Source: Pseudothermotoga sp.
Lineage (GTDB): Bacteria; Thermotogota; Thermotogae; Thermotogales; DSM-5069
DNA: 64,000 nucleotides
Assembly (NCBI GenBank): GCA_041640575.1
Contig: JBEPZZ010000003.1
Span: 1-64,000, forward strand
Direction: 5' to 3'
Under the pieces are notes generated by a model. That model had not been told where the DNA came from. It ran no database searches and was given only the letters and a program-made list of their open reading frames with translations. Within the stretch, counting starts at the first letter, position 1, and the number at the start of each line of letters is the position of its first letter. Positions 11,147 to 21,194 of this stretch are shown here, in pieces. The position numbers were made by a program, and so were the translations under genes.

Positions 11147-12278
11147 CGTTCCTTTCTCTTACAACTACTCTTTCTAGCCTGTCTAAGTTTAGCTCCGACA
11201 GGTCCACATGCAAACTCTTTCCATACACTATCAATTCAGCTATAGCTTCACCGACGGCTGGAGCAAGCATGAAACCATGTCCACTGAATCCTACGGCGTA
11301 ATAAAAATTTCTGATTTTTGGAGATTCGCCAATTATTGGTTGAGCGTCAGGAGACATATTATAGTGGCCAGACCAATGCCTGACAATCCTTATGTTTCTC
11401 AAGAAAGGAAAGATCCTGATCATCTTTTTGGACATTTCCTTTTCAAATTTAAATGTGACATTGTTGTTTATACCAGGTTCTTCGTCGGGGTCACCTTGAC
11501 CCATTATGAACTGTCCATGCTTGGTTTGCCTCATATAGAAGTTACCAGAGAAGCTAATAGCCATTGGATCAAAAAAGTTCTTTACAGGCTCAGTAACCAT
11601 TATCTGATGTCTATAACTCTCAGTTGGCAGATCCATTCCAACCATTTTTGCAACTTCTCTCGAATAAGGCCCTGCTGCATTGATTAATATTTCCGCTCTT
11701 ACTTTTCCTTTTGTTGTATGGATTACGAACCCAGTGTCCTTATCTTCGATTCCAATAACTTCAGTATGGGTTAATATCTCAACACCAAGATTTCTTGCGG
11801 ACTTTGCGTATGCAAAATTTACCAAATGTGGGTTCGCGTGACCATCAGTTTGGCAGAAAGTAGCAAGTTTCACTCCCGTTGTGTCTATGTATGGATACTT
11901 CTCTTTCACCTGTTTGATGCTTAATATTTGTACATCCAGTCCAAGTCCACGCTGCATCTTTACATTTTTCTCAAATTGTTTTGCTTCCTCCTCATCGTAC
12001 GAGAGAACAAGGTAACCACCTTGCTTGTATTCAACATTCATTTTGGTTTCTTGCTCGAGTTTTTCGAAAAGTCTCACGCTTCTCATAGCCAGAAGAACAT
12101 TATTTGGGGAACTCCATTGCTGCCGAATTCCACCGGCACAGCGACCAGTTGAGCCAGAACTCAAGTAATTCTTCTCAAAAACTATCACATCAGTCTTGCC
12201 AAGTTTTGCCAGATGATATGCCACTGAACAACCAACGACTCCACCACCTATAATTGCAACTTTGTACTCACTTTTCAT
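11139..12278 (-). CDS. FAD-dependent amino-acid oxidoreductase, DAO family (sarcosine oxidase beta / dye-linked proline dehydrogenase beta-like)
   Basis: IIGGGVVG, GSTGRCAGGIR, SPDAQPIIG and GFSGHGFMLAP. The start is either 12284 or 12278. Confidence 0.88.
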   Translation of the reverse strand: MKSEYKVAIIGGGVVGCSVAYHLAKLGKTDVIVFEKNYLSSGSTGRCAGGIRQQWSSPNNVLLAMRSVRLFEKLEQETKMNVEYKQGGYLVLSYDEEEAKQFEKNVKMQRGLGLDVQILSIKQVKEKYPYIDTTGVKLATFCQTDGHANPHLVNFAYAKSARNLGVEILTHTEVIGIEDKDTGFVIHTTKGKVRAEILINAAGPYSREVAKMVGMDLPTESYRHQIMVTEPVKNFFDPMAISFSGNFYMRQTKHGQFIMGQGDPDEEPGINNNVTFKFEKEMSKKMIRIFPFLRNIRIVRHWSGHYNMSPDAQPIIGESPKIRNFYYAVGFSGHGFMLAPAVGEAIAELIVYGKSLHVDLSELNLDRLERVVVRERNVV

Positions 12279-14070
12279 CTTCAATCTCTCCTTTTGCTAT
12301 CGACTCCATTTTTATCGGAAGTGTTGGTGGTCTGAACGATGGTTTGAAAACATCACCAACAAGCTTTGACAGCTTTCTCGATAGTATTCCAAGTACAATT
12401 GGTCTGCAAGTTCTGCCACCACATGGTCCCATACCAAGCCGAAGATATCTTCTGAGCTCTTCGTAATCTGTGTATCCTTCTTCAATTGCTTTTTCTATTT
12501 CTTCTTGCGTAACTTCTTCACATCGGCAAACTATTTTATTTTCAGTACACTTGACAGTAAAGCTTCTCACTTTTTGTGCAAAACCTGCTGGTATAGAGAG
12601 ATAAACTATGTTCGTTTTCGTCTTAGATCTTATGACTTTTACAACTTTTGCTTCACAGACTTTAACACCATCTCCGTCTAGTGCAATTACTTCTTGACCT
12701 TTCTCTGGAATAGGCAAAAATTCATACGGAATACCTATAAGATCATGCCCTGGCTCGAATTCTTCTTGAATCATGAAGATTGCAAGCCCGGGGCATTTCG
12801 TAACACAGATGCCGCAACCATTGCATTTGGAGTAATCTATTATCGGCAGACTGTTGATATTGCCGGGAACCTTTATTGCGCCGTTTGGACAGGATGTCTC
12901 ACAAGGATTGCATGGGATGTTTTCGTAGCACTCTATTACGGGGCGGAGTCTCCCTTTTGGTCCAATGTCAACTTGACCTTGCTTTGAGTATGGTATAGCT
13001 TGCTGTGGGAAGAATCGCTCTAGCCCTTTTCTGACTTTGTCGGAAAATGGACCGGATCGAAACTCCAATAATTCTTTGTGTAAACTTTCTAGCTCTTTAC
13101 CAACATCTGCATTGCATAATTCTTTGGCTACTACAAGTCCAACAATTCTACCTTCAATCATTGCTGTAGTAGCCTCTTCAATTCCTGAAAGATCTCCCGC
13201 GACGAAAATGTTTCGGACATTTGTTCTCATGAGTTGATCCCTGAAAGGCACAAATCCACCGAGCTCGGGTATATACTCAATTCTCACCCCAGCCATTGAT
13301 GCAAGCTCTATTGAAGGCTGTAGTCCTGTCGCTATGCATATTGTGTCAACAGCAAATTCTCTTTCAGTACCGGGTATTGGTTCTAAACGGTCATTTACAG
13401 CCATCACAACCGCTCTTTCCACTCTGTCTGCACCAATAGCTTTCTTTATTGTATGTCTCAACAATATCGGGACACCAAGCCTTTTCACTTTTCTGGCATG
13501 TACATCATATCCACCTACCTTGTCCATAAGCTCAACTATGGCTGCAACTTCTGCACCTGCTTGTATAAGCTGGTATGACACAATTAAACCTATATTTCCT
13601 GACCCAATCATCAAAACTCTTTTCCCTGGAAGTGTTTTGAACTGATTCATTAACGTTTGAACTGCACCTGCACCATAAATACCAGGAAGATCATTGTTTT
13701 CGAAAAGGATAAACCTCTCAGACGCTCCCGTCGCCAAAAGGATATACTTAGGCTTAACTTCGAATACAAGATCTTTTTCCCTATCGTAAGCTGCAACAAC
13801 ATCTTCATATATTCCAGTTACAGTCGTCATCGTCTTAGTAATGACATTATTATTGAGTTGAGATATCAATTTTTGGGCTATTTCATACCCACGCACAGAT
13901 GCGTAGAAACCTTCGTGACCAAAGAACTTGTGAGTCTGTTTTACAAGTTGTCCACCAAGTTCTATACCTTCGTCGATTACAAGTGTTTTCACGCCTCTTT
14001 TGCTTGCTTCAATTGCCGCGCTTAGTCCAGCAGGTCCACCTCCGACTATGAGAAAATCTGTGGTTATCAT
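12268..14070 (-). CDS. Fused FAD/NAD oxidoreductase, 2x[4Fe-4S] ferredoxin, small beta domain and BFD-like [2Fe-2S] domain
   Basis: GGGPAG, GGQL.KQTH.FFG, ATGA.ER, GSGNIG and AGD; CYENIPCNPCETSCP and CNGCGICVTKCP; IPYEFLP.P; CRCEEVT...GMGPCGGRTC. Confidence 0.85.
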   Translation of the reverse strand: MITTDFLIVGGGPAGLSAAIEASKRGVKTLVIDEGIELGGQLVKQTHKFFGHEGFYASVRGYEIAQKLISQLNNNVITKTMTTVTGIYEDVVAAYDREKDLVFEVKPKYILLATGASERFILFENNDLPGIYGAGAVQTLMNQFKTLPGKRVLMIGSGNIGLIVSYQLIQAGAEVAAIVELMDKVGGYDVHARKVKRLGVPILLRHTIKKAIGADRVERAVVMAVNDRLEPIPGTEREFAVDTICIATGLQPSIELASMAGVRIEYIPELGGFVPFRDQLMRTNVRNIFVAGDLSGIEEATTAMIEGRIVGLVVAKELCNADVGKELESLHKELLEFRSGPFSDKVRKGLERFFPQQAIPYSKQGQVDIGPKGRLRPVIECYENIPCNPCETSCPNGAIKVPGNINSLPIIDYSKCNGCGICVTKCPGLAIFMIQEEFEPGHDLIGIPYEFLPIPEKGQEVIALDGDGVKVCEAKVVKVIRSKTKTNIVYLSIPAGFAQKVRSFTVKCTENKIVCRCEEVTQEEIEKAIEEGYTDYEELRRYLRLGMGPCGGRTCRPIVLGILSRKLSKLVGDVFKPSFRPPTLPIKMESIAKGEIEDEK

Positions 14071-14375
14071 ACAAGTTCACCTCTACCATATTGTCTTTGA
14101 ATTTTCATACCATCTCGTATGGGTGTTATACATGTCCTAACATTTGGCACACCGTCGACTATCATTAGACATGAAGAACATTTACCAATTGCGCAATAGA
14201 AACCTCTTGGTCGGTTATGTTCCGTATATCCAAAAATATCTATTCCATTTGCAACAAGTGCCGAAGCTATTGTTTCACCCTGATATGCTTCAAGTTCCTG
14301 CCCCTCGAAATAGAATTTCAGCTTCCGCCGCGACTCGATATCCAGTATTGGATGCTTGAATATGCGCCTGTTCAA
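14067..14375 (-). CDS. [2Fe-2S] protein (sarcosine oxidase alpha N-terminus / HcnA-like)
   Basis: GETIA.AL, RPRG.YCAIGKCSSCLM.VDG.PNVRTC. Confidence 0.88.
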   Translation of the reverse strand: MNRRIFKHPILDIESRRKLKFYFEGQELEAYQGETIASALVANGIDIFGYTEHNRPRGFYCAIGKCSSCLMIVDGVPNVRTCITPIRDGMKIQRQYGRGELV

Positions 14376-14395
14376 GACTCCTCACCTCGCGTATC

Positions 14396-15751
14396 TTATA
14401 AATGTATGGGTTTTTCAACAACACCTTCCAAAGCACCTAGTATGCTTTCTGTGAGTGTTGGGTGAGGATGAATGGATTCTTCAAGCTGATAAGCTGTCAA
14501 CTTGTTTCTGACAGCTATAACAGCTTCCATGATCATCTCGGTCGCATTGGGCCCGACAATTGTCATTCCAAGAACTCTTAACGTGTCTTTGTCAGCGATT
14601 ACTTTCACAAATCCATCCTTTTCGAGCATTGTTCGTGCTCTACCATTGGCGCTAAACGGGAAGGAGAAGATCTTCGCTTTTGATGGGTCAGTGTCTTTTT
14701 CCTTCAAACCAACACTTGCAACTTCTGGGGTTGAGAAGATAACATTTGGCACTGCAGAATAATCCATTCTTGCATCTTCGCCGCAGATATTCTTTGCCGC
14801 AACGATTCCTTCATACATTGCAACGTGTGCTAGCATTATCTCGCCGCGCACATCACCAACAGCGTAGACGTTAGGAATATTAGTTTGCATTCTATCGTTT
14901 GTTTTAATTCCCCTTCCAATTTGCACGCCTAAGGATCTGACACTTTCTGGAATTAATGGTTTTCTCCCTACAGAAATCACGACCTTGTCGAATTGTTTTT
15001 CATACTGTTCTCCATTGGTCTCTATGATGCACAAGAAACCTTTCTCAGCAGTCTTAATCTCAACAATTTTTGATTGCTCGTAAATTTGGACATTTCTCTT
15101 TTTCAGGGATCTTGCGACTACTTGTGAGACATCCAAATCTTCTGTTGGCAAAATATGTGGCATAATTTCAACTATGGTTACGGGTACTTTTAAAGCAGAA
15201 AAAAACGTAGCCATTTCAATTCCTATTACTCCTCCTCCAACAATTAAAACACTTTCCGGCAATTCGTTCATCTTGAATACATCATCACTTGTCCATACGC
15301 CTGGTATTTGATCAAAAGGTGGAATAAGCGATGGAAACGATCCTGTTGCGATTACAAGGTTTCTTGCCTCAAAAGTTTTACCACCTACTTTGACCATACT
15401 TGGTGACTCCACTATTGCCTCTCCAAACACAATCTCAACACCGTATTTCTTCAACAAGTACTCTATACCTTTCCTTGATGCCAATACGACTTTGCTCATG
15501 TGGGAAAGAATCCTAGAAAAATCGAAAAATATGTCGTTTACTCCTATGCCAAGTTGAGAGGATTTCTCAAGAATTTCTGTGTATAAATGAGCACTACTTA
15601 GCAAAGCTTTTGTCGGAATACAGCCCCAGTTGGTGCAGGTACCTCCTAGAAAACTCTTTTCAAATAAAACAACTTTCTTACCTCTTTGCGCTAATTTGAT
15701 TGCGCTCACATAACCTCCAGGTCCTGCACCTATCACCGCTGCATCGTACAT
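14396..15751 (-). CDS. lpdA: Dihydrolipoamide dehydrogenase
   Basis: GAGPGG, redox disulfide GGTCTNWGCIPTK, GGGVIG.E, MLAH and C-terminal HPHPTLTE. The RBS AGGAGGT and an extended -10 (TGATACAAT) lie just upstream. Confidence 0.92.
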   Translation of the reverse strand: MYDAAVIGAGPGGYVSAIKLAQRGKKVVLFEKSFLGGTCTNWGCIPTKALLSSAHLYTEILEKSSQLGIGVNDIFFDFSRILSHMSKVVLASRKGIEYLLKKYGVEIVFGEAIVESPSMVKVGGKTFEARNLVIATGSFPSLIPPFDQIPGVWTSDDVFKMNELPESVLIVGGGVIGIEMATFFSALKVPVTIVEIMPHILPTEDLDVSQVVARSLKKRNVQIYEQSKIVEIKTAEKGFLCIIETNGEQYEKQFDKVVISVGRKPLIPESVRSLGVQIGRGIKTNDRMQTNIPNVYAVGDVRGEIMLAHVAMYEGIVAAKNICGEDARMDYSAVPNVIFSTPEVASVGLKEKDTDPSKAKIFSFPFSANGRARTMLEKDGFVKVIADKDTLRVLGMTIVGPNATEMIMEAVIAVRNKLTAYQLEESIHPHPTLTESILGALEGVVEKPIHL

Positions 15752-16135
15752 TGTTGAATCACCTCCTAAAGTACTTTTGCCAATCTATTGTATCATTTTA
15801 GAAATAGTAGCGGAAAGAAGGATTATTGTGGAAAATTGCTAGAAATCTTCACCAGATTTTTGATTTTTACGTGACTTTGTTTTTCTTGCTATTTCCGTTC
15901 CAATGATGAATTGTGAGGATAAGCAGTATCCAATCCGTGCAGAGAGTATCTACACTGCTTCAAAACGGATACTTCTCTAAAATAATTTGACGAGCATCAT
16001 TGTTTTTGAACTAGATCAGCTATCATTCTTTTTTGCAAATGATTATTTTAGGCGATTTTCTCACTTGTATTGATCGAAAAGCAATGACGTTTGGATACGA
16101 CGAACAGTAGAGGCAGCGGAATTTTCCGGTTCAGT

Positions 16136-17044
16136 TCACTCTTTTATATTTTCGAGAAAAGCCCTCACCAAATCTGTGAAAATCTCTGGTTTATCTATGA
16201 AGGGCAAATGACCAGCTTTTTCTATTACAAATACTTTTGAATCTTTTATTTTTTCATGAAACCACCAAGCGTGATCAACTGGTATTACGGAATCTAGATC
16301 TCCCCAGATGAGCAATGTTGGAGTAGTGATTTGATCTATATTTTGCATAAGTACATTTGTATCTAGGTTTTTAACAAGATTTTGTATCACCTTGTATGGG
16401 GTTCCGTACATGAGAGAATAGTTTCCGAGGAAATATTCTTCATCAAATTTTTCCTTGTCAACAAGCATTTCAATCCATGCATTTTTGAGAAATTCATAGT
16501 TGAAAAAAACTGTTCTGACAAAAACTTGTGAGAAAGGAAGATCTAGCAATGGCATGGAACGATTTGAATCTGTGATCCAACCAGCACTGTTAGACAATAT
16601 CAATTTCTCTACTGCGTTTGGATTATCAAGTGCTAACCACATTGCTACTTCTCCACCCATCGAATGACCCAGAACTGAGTATCTTGAAAAACCAAGTTGA
16701 GCAACAAGAGAAGATACTACTTTGGCAAGATATCTTCGAGAAAGCGGTTTCGTGATGTTTTTCTCAGATAATCCGAAACCTGGTAAGTCAACTGCTATTA
16801 CTGTAAAATCTTTCGAAAGTTCAGAGAGAATGGGTTGAAAATTAGTTGAATTTCCCATGAAACCATGAATCAGCACTAGTGGTTCACCTTTTCCTAGTTT
16901 TTGATAGGCTACTGTTATTCCATCAACCATTAGAGTGAAATAATTACTCAAATCAAGTTTTTTACGCCCAATTTCAGCAATTTTTGGATCACAGCCAGTT
17001 AGAAGAACAAGGAAAATTGGTAAGAGCAATGCGAGTATTTTCAT
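16136..17044 (-). CDS. Alpha/beta-hydrolase lipoprotein (esterase/lipase-like)
   Basis: Lipobox LTGC, oxyanion LIHGF, nucleophile GHSMGG, acid GDLD and His AGH. Confidence 0.88.
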   Translation of the reverse strand: MKILALLLPIFLVLLTGCDPKIAEIGRKKLDLSNYFTLMVDGITVAYQKLGKGEPLVLIHGFMGNSTNFQPILSELSKDFTVIAVDLPGFGLSEKNITKPLSRRYLAKVVSSLVAQLGFSRYSVLGHSMGGEVAMWLALDNPNAVEKLILSNSAGWITDSNRSMPLLDLPFSQVFVRTVFFNYEFLKNAWIEMLVDKEKFDEEYFLGNYSLMYGTPYKVIQNLVKNLDTNVLMQNIDQITTPTLLIWGDLDSVIPVDHAWWFHEKIKDSKVFVIEKAGHLPFIDKPEIFTDLVRAFLENIKE

Positions 17045-17098
17045 CTTTTCACCTCTCTTTGCAAATTTTGGTATATAAATTACAAGGGAGGTATTGAG

Positions 17099-17575
17099 TT
17101 GAACACTATCGTTAGGATCCCTACCAAAAAAAGAATAGCACTAATTGCTCATGATAGGATGAAAAAGGATTTGGTTGAATGGGTATTGTTTAACAAAGGA
17201 ACATTGTCAAAGCACGAACTGTATGCCACTGGCACAACTGGAGCTATGGTGGAAAAAGTAGCAGGTTTAAAAGTTAACAAATTTAAAAGTGGCCCTCTGG
17301 GGGGTGATCAACAAATAGGAGCCCAGATTGCTGAGGGAAAAATAGATGTCTTAATTTTCTTTTGGGATCCATTGGAACCCTTGGCTCACGATGTCGATAT
17401 TAAAGCACTCATAAGGCTTGCCACGGTTTACAACATACCGGTAGCAATCAATAGGTCGACTGCAGACTTTTTGATATCTTCGCCATTAATGCATGGAGAG
17501 TATGACAAAATACAACCAGATTACGAAACACAACTGAGCAAAAGAATACAGCAAGTTATTCAGGAAAACAGGTAA
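17099..17575 (+). CDS. mgsA: Methylglyoxal synthase
   Basis: IALIAHD..K, LYATGTTG, SGPLGGDQQIG, FFWDPL and HDVDIKAL.R. Confidence 0.96.
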   Translation: MNTIVRIPTKKRIALIAHDRMKKDLVEWVLFNKGTLSKHELYATGTTGAMVEKVAGLKVNKFKSGPLGGDQQIGAQIAEGKIDVLIFFWDPLEPLAHDVDIKALIRLATVYNIPVAINRSTADFLISSPLMHGEYDKIQPDYETQLSKRIQQVIQENR

Positions 17576-17593
17576 GTTAAAGAACAATTATCT

Positions 17594-18607
17594 TCAGCTA
17601 TTCGAGAGAACAAAGCTACTTGTTTTTTGTTGGATATAGCCATTTTGCAAAAACCAGTTTACAGCATCTTTTAGAGACTCAAAAATTGGCCTAGGCATAT
17701 AACCAAGCTCTTCATAAGCTTTTTGATGTGAATAAATGTATCCACGATTCAAAGTAAAGACACTGTATGGTGTTAGCAGTGCCCTACTTCCACTCAACTT
17801 GGACCATAGAACTGTTAGAACTGACGCGGGGTAAGCTATAAAACTTGGAAGGAGGATGCTTACTGGGTTACGACCAAGAATTTTGCTCATCATTTGTATG
17901 ATTGCTCTGACGGTTGTATATTCACCACTTAGAATGTACTTTTCACCTCGACTTGCTTTCTCGGATACTTTTAAAATCCCATTTACCACATCACGAACAT
18001 CAACAAAATCAAATCCGCCTTCTACGCCAGTCTTAAGTGTACCTCTACATAAATGAATTATGAGTGATCCCATTTCAGAAATTTTCCAGTCATATGGCCC
18101 TACTATGCCAGAAGGGAAAACTACAACTGCATCGTAACCATCCTTGGCTGATTTGAACACCTCGTTTGTGGCTATTGCTTTTGATTTTGCATAATGGCCA
18201 GTGACAAGACTAGGATCAATTGGAACGTTTTCATCTATAAGAGAACCTTTTCTCAGTTCTGCAAACGCATGAACAGAGCTCACGTAAACGAGTCTCGGCA
18301 CGTGATTTTCTTTGCACGCTTGAAGAATATTTTTAGTACCCCCTACGTTAACATCGTAAACAAGTTTACTGTTGCCTGCGATTGAGATAACAGCCGCTAG
18401 ATGATAAACTAGATCAACATTTTTGCAGGCTTTCCTCATTGCTTCAGTATCTCTCACATCACCTTTTATGATTTCTACGTCTAACCCCACTAGAGATTTG
18501 GGATCTTCGTTTGGGAGAACCAATGCCTTTATCTTTTTACCTTTTACTACTAGCGTGCGTATGAGAACATTACCCAGGTGTCCTGTTGCACCTGTGACAA
18601 GGATCAT
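17594..18607 (-). CDS. Extended SDR, NAD-dependent epimerase/dehydrogenase (dihydroflavonol reductase / 3-beta-HSD / HpnA-like)
   Basis: TGATGHLG, HLAA, YVSSV, catalytic YAKSK and FVDVRDV. Confidence 0.85.
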   Translation of the reverse strand: MILVTGATGHLGNVLIRTLVVKGKKIKALVLPNEDPKSLVGLDVEIIKGDVRDTEAMRKACKNVDLVYHLAAVISIAGNSKLVYDVNVGGTKNILQACKENHVPRLVYVSSVHAFAELRKGSLIDENVPIDPSLVTGHYAKSKAIATNEVFKSAKDGYDAVVVFPSGIVGPYDWKISEMGSLIIHLCRGTLKTGVEGGFDFVDVRDVVNGILKVSEKASRGEKYILSGEYTTVRAIIQMMSKILGRNPVSILLPSFIAYPASVLTVLWSKLSGSRALLTPYSVFTLNRGYIYSHQKAYEELGYMPRPIFESLKDAVNWFLQNGYIQQKTSSFVLSNS

Positions 18608-20712
18608 GAGACCTCACGCCCCCTTGGAAGTTTTTCACGCCTGTTTCGCAATAACCTTTGAAGCTTATTCTGATCCCGATTCGTTGCAGGACAAAGCTTT
18701 TGTAGTATCAGCGGTTCTGCAAAAAGAGTAAATATGCAGCCAAAGGCTATACCTACACAAAGTAAAACGGAAACGTTTCTAAAAAGCAAAAGCTGAGAGA
18801 AAACTAATACTAAGAACCCAGCTATTAATCCAAGTGCATTTGTGAGTATAGGCATTACGATGTTCTGAATGGTGATGTTGATATCTCTCGTCATTCTGAG
18901 ATCGTGGGCAAGGTGAATTGAATAATCCACAACCAGTCCAGTTAAGATGCTTGCCACTATGGAGCTTGACATTTCCAATCGGATTTTTAAGACAGACATG
19001 AATACAAAGTTCATTAAGGCTGTTAGAGCTACAGGAAGGATAATAGTCATGGATAGAAAAATGTCTCTAAACGCAATCAGAACTGCAATGAAAATGAATA
19101 ATAAACTTATGAACAACGTCTGAAGCTGGTTTTTGACAATTTGTGAATTCATCTCTTGAACAACAAATGCTACACTCGCTAAAGTATAGGAATAGTCTTT
19201 ATAACTCTCCAATATTCTTTCGATTTCTTGCTTGATTTCAAGTGATCTTGTATAACTCTCTGATGTCATATTCACCATAAGTCTAATTGTTTGGCTGTCA
19301 GCGACAAAAAAAGAAATAGCTGGTTGAAAACGACGAGCAAGTAGCAATGTAGGTATTGGGTAGGAAATTGGAAATTGAACCGAAGAAATGCCATTTATGT
19401 TACGTAGTTTTTCAATTATTTCATGAATAATCTCCCCATCTGTTAAAGTGAATACTGAAGATTTTCTTAGAACAACATAAATAGGTTCTCGATAGGAGAA
19501 ATTGTCTTTCAGTATTTTCACTGCTTGACCAACATCACTTCTTTCGCTGAAATAAGAAGCTTGATCCATACCAATTGTAAGATTTTTCAAAATCAGAGGG
19601 GTAAACAAGATTAGGATTGTTATCGCTATCAGTAAAGCTGTTCCAATCTTTCTTGAGTTCAATTTCAAAATGAGAGAAGTTTTAACCGATTTTCCATTAT
19701 TTTCTTCTAGCAACTCATAACCGCTCGTAAAGAGGAGTATAAAATTCAAGATCAGACCTGTTGATACAAGTAATCCCATTTCCCTAAAGGCTTGGATGTT
19801 TACAAAGAGAAAGGATAAAAAACCTGCCGCAGTTGTTGCCATCGAGTAAAAAATTGGTCTGAACATCTTTTTCCTGACGTCTTTTCCAAATCGTAGTACA
19901 CCATTGTAAAAATGAAGTCCATACGCCGAACCAATAACTATTAAAAACGATATAGACATTACAGTCATGACGTTCAAGACCATTCCAAAACTTAGAGCGA
20001 CAGCGAATACTAAAACGATAGACATGACAGGATAGAAAAGGGCAAGCAGGGTTGCCTTTAGGCATCGAGTTTGAATAAAGAAAACAAAGAGAATAATGGC
20101 AAACATTATTGCCGGGTAAAGTAAAGACTGCTTTAGGATTTCCTGAAACAAATAGTAGTTAATTACTGATTCCCCAAACAAAAGAGGTGAGAATTCAGAA
20201 TACGAAAGGAGTACTCTTCGAATCTCTTTGATAACCTGAGGGTCAAACTTGAGATCATTCCTTGGTTCAAGAACGCAATTCAAGAGAATGTATTTTCCAT
20301 CAAAAGAAATGAAGTTTCTTGCCTCCGGATCTTCCAAAATCTCTCTGCTCAAGTTGTTACCGTTGAAATATGCTTTTTTGAAAGGATAATTTAGCACGCT
20401 GACAACACTTTTTACACTTCGAAGATCTGACAAGTTTCTTTGTAACTCCGCGAGTTTTGTTAAAGCTTCACTTTCAAAAAAGCTACTTTTTGCTCTTACT
20501 ACGACTATCACTTGTGTACCATCGGCAAACGTACGAGAAACTTTTACCAAAGATTTGACATGTTCGTTTTTTGTCATGTCCAGATTCTGACCGGCTTTAT
20601 AACCTGGCAGAAAGACCAGATGGCCCGATTCAATTTCGATTCTACTTAACGTTATAAGAAGGCAAATAACAAAGGCTACTAAAAAAATGAAGGTATATTT
20701 GTACTTTTTCAT
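18604..20712 (-). CDS. MMPL/RND-family exporter
   Basis: Two repeats of 1 TM, soluble loop and 5 TM; TTAAGF, GL.VDYSIH and GF.VL.FS. Confidence 0.85.
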   Translation of the reverse strand: MKKYKYTFIFLVAFVICLLITLSRIEIESGHLVFLPGYKAGQNLDMTKNEHVKSLVKVSRTFADGTQVIVVVRAKSSFFESEALTKLAELQRNLSDLRSVKSVVSVLNYPFKKAYFNGNNLSREILEDPEARNFISFDGKYILLNCVLEPRNDLKFDPQVIKEIRRVLLSYSEFSPLLFGESVINYYLFQEILKQSLLYPAIMFAIILFVFFIQTRCLKATLLALFYPVMSIVLVFAVALSFGMVLNVMTVMSISFLIVIGSAYGLHFYNGVLRFGKDVRKKMFRPIFYSMATTAAGFLSFLFVNIQAFREMGLLVSTGLILNFILLFTSGYELLEENNGKSVKTSLILKLNSRKIGTALLIAITILILFTPLILKNLTIGMDQASYFSERSDVGQAVKILKDNFSYREPIYVVLRKSSVFTLTDGEIIHEIIEKLRNINGISSVQFPISYPIPTLLLARRFQPAISFFVADSQTIRLMVNMTSESYTRSLEIKQEIERILESYKDYSYTLASVAFVVQEMNSQIVKNQLQTLFISLLFIFIAVLIAFRDIFLSMTIILPVALTALMNFVFMSVLKIRLEMSSSIVASILTGLVVDYSIHLAHDLRMTRDINITIQNIVMPILTNALGLIAGFLVLVFSQLLLFRNVSVLLCVGIAFGCIFTLFAEPLILQKLCPATNRDQNKLQRLLRNRREKLPRGREVS

Positions 20713-20713
20713 G

Positions 20714-21178
20714 TTAAGTTGCCCCCGAGGCGATGTTCTTTTCTTGATTTGATGGATTGTTGAAAAATTCTAACAAGCGTGTGAAACCATCTGATATTAC
20801 TTGCATATCCTTTGGCGGTAGAGAACTTGCTACTTTATCAATCAGCTTTGAGAGCTGTTGAATAATTTGTTCGCAAAGTTCAATGCCATTTTTGGTTAGT
20901 TTAACCTTCACGATACGCCTATCGTCGTTTGATTTTTGCCGCTCGACAAAACCTCTCTGTTCGAGCGAATCCACTAAGACAGTTATATTCGCCTTTGTCA
21001 TGGCAAAGTCAGTCGCAATTTCGCTCATTTTCTTCGGACCTTTAAAGGCAAGATAAAGTAGAACGTACAAACCCAGACTGCTTAAGTTCTCGGCTTCTGC
21101 ATTAAAAACAAGGTTCTTGGAAAAATTAAGAACCAGATCAAATATCATCGCAAGAATTTCCCTTGAGTTCGTGTTCAC
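20714..21178 (-). CDS. MarR-family transcriptional regulator
   Basis: Winged HTH with T.LVD.LE.RGFV.R and DRR...V.LT..G. The likely start is GTG 21178 after GGTGG; the ORF-track start at 21223 falls on the -35 box. Confidence 0.88.
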   Translation of the reverse strand: MNTNSREILAMIFDLVLNFSKNLVFNAEAENLSSLGLYVLLYLAFKGPKKMSEIATDFAMTKANITVLVDSLEQRGFVERQKSNDDRRIVKVKLTKNGIELCEQIIQQLSKLIDKVASSLPPKDMQVISDGFTRLLEFFNNPSNQEKNIASGAT

Positions 21179-21194
21179 ATGTACCACCGATGAG

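Noticed and set aside
11208..11687. 159-aa plus-strand ORF
   Set aside because: It is an antisense shadow of the DAO-family gene with no motif.
17594..20712. Hopanoid biosynthesis cluster (hpnA/hpnN)
   Set aside because: There is no squalene synthase or cyclase in the window, and the family resemblance alone is insufficient.
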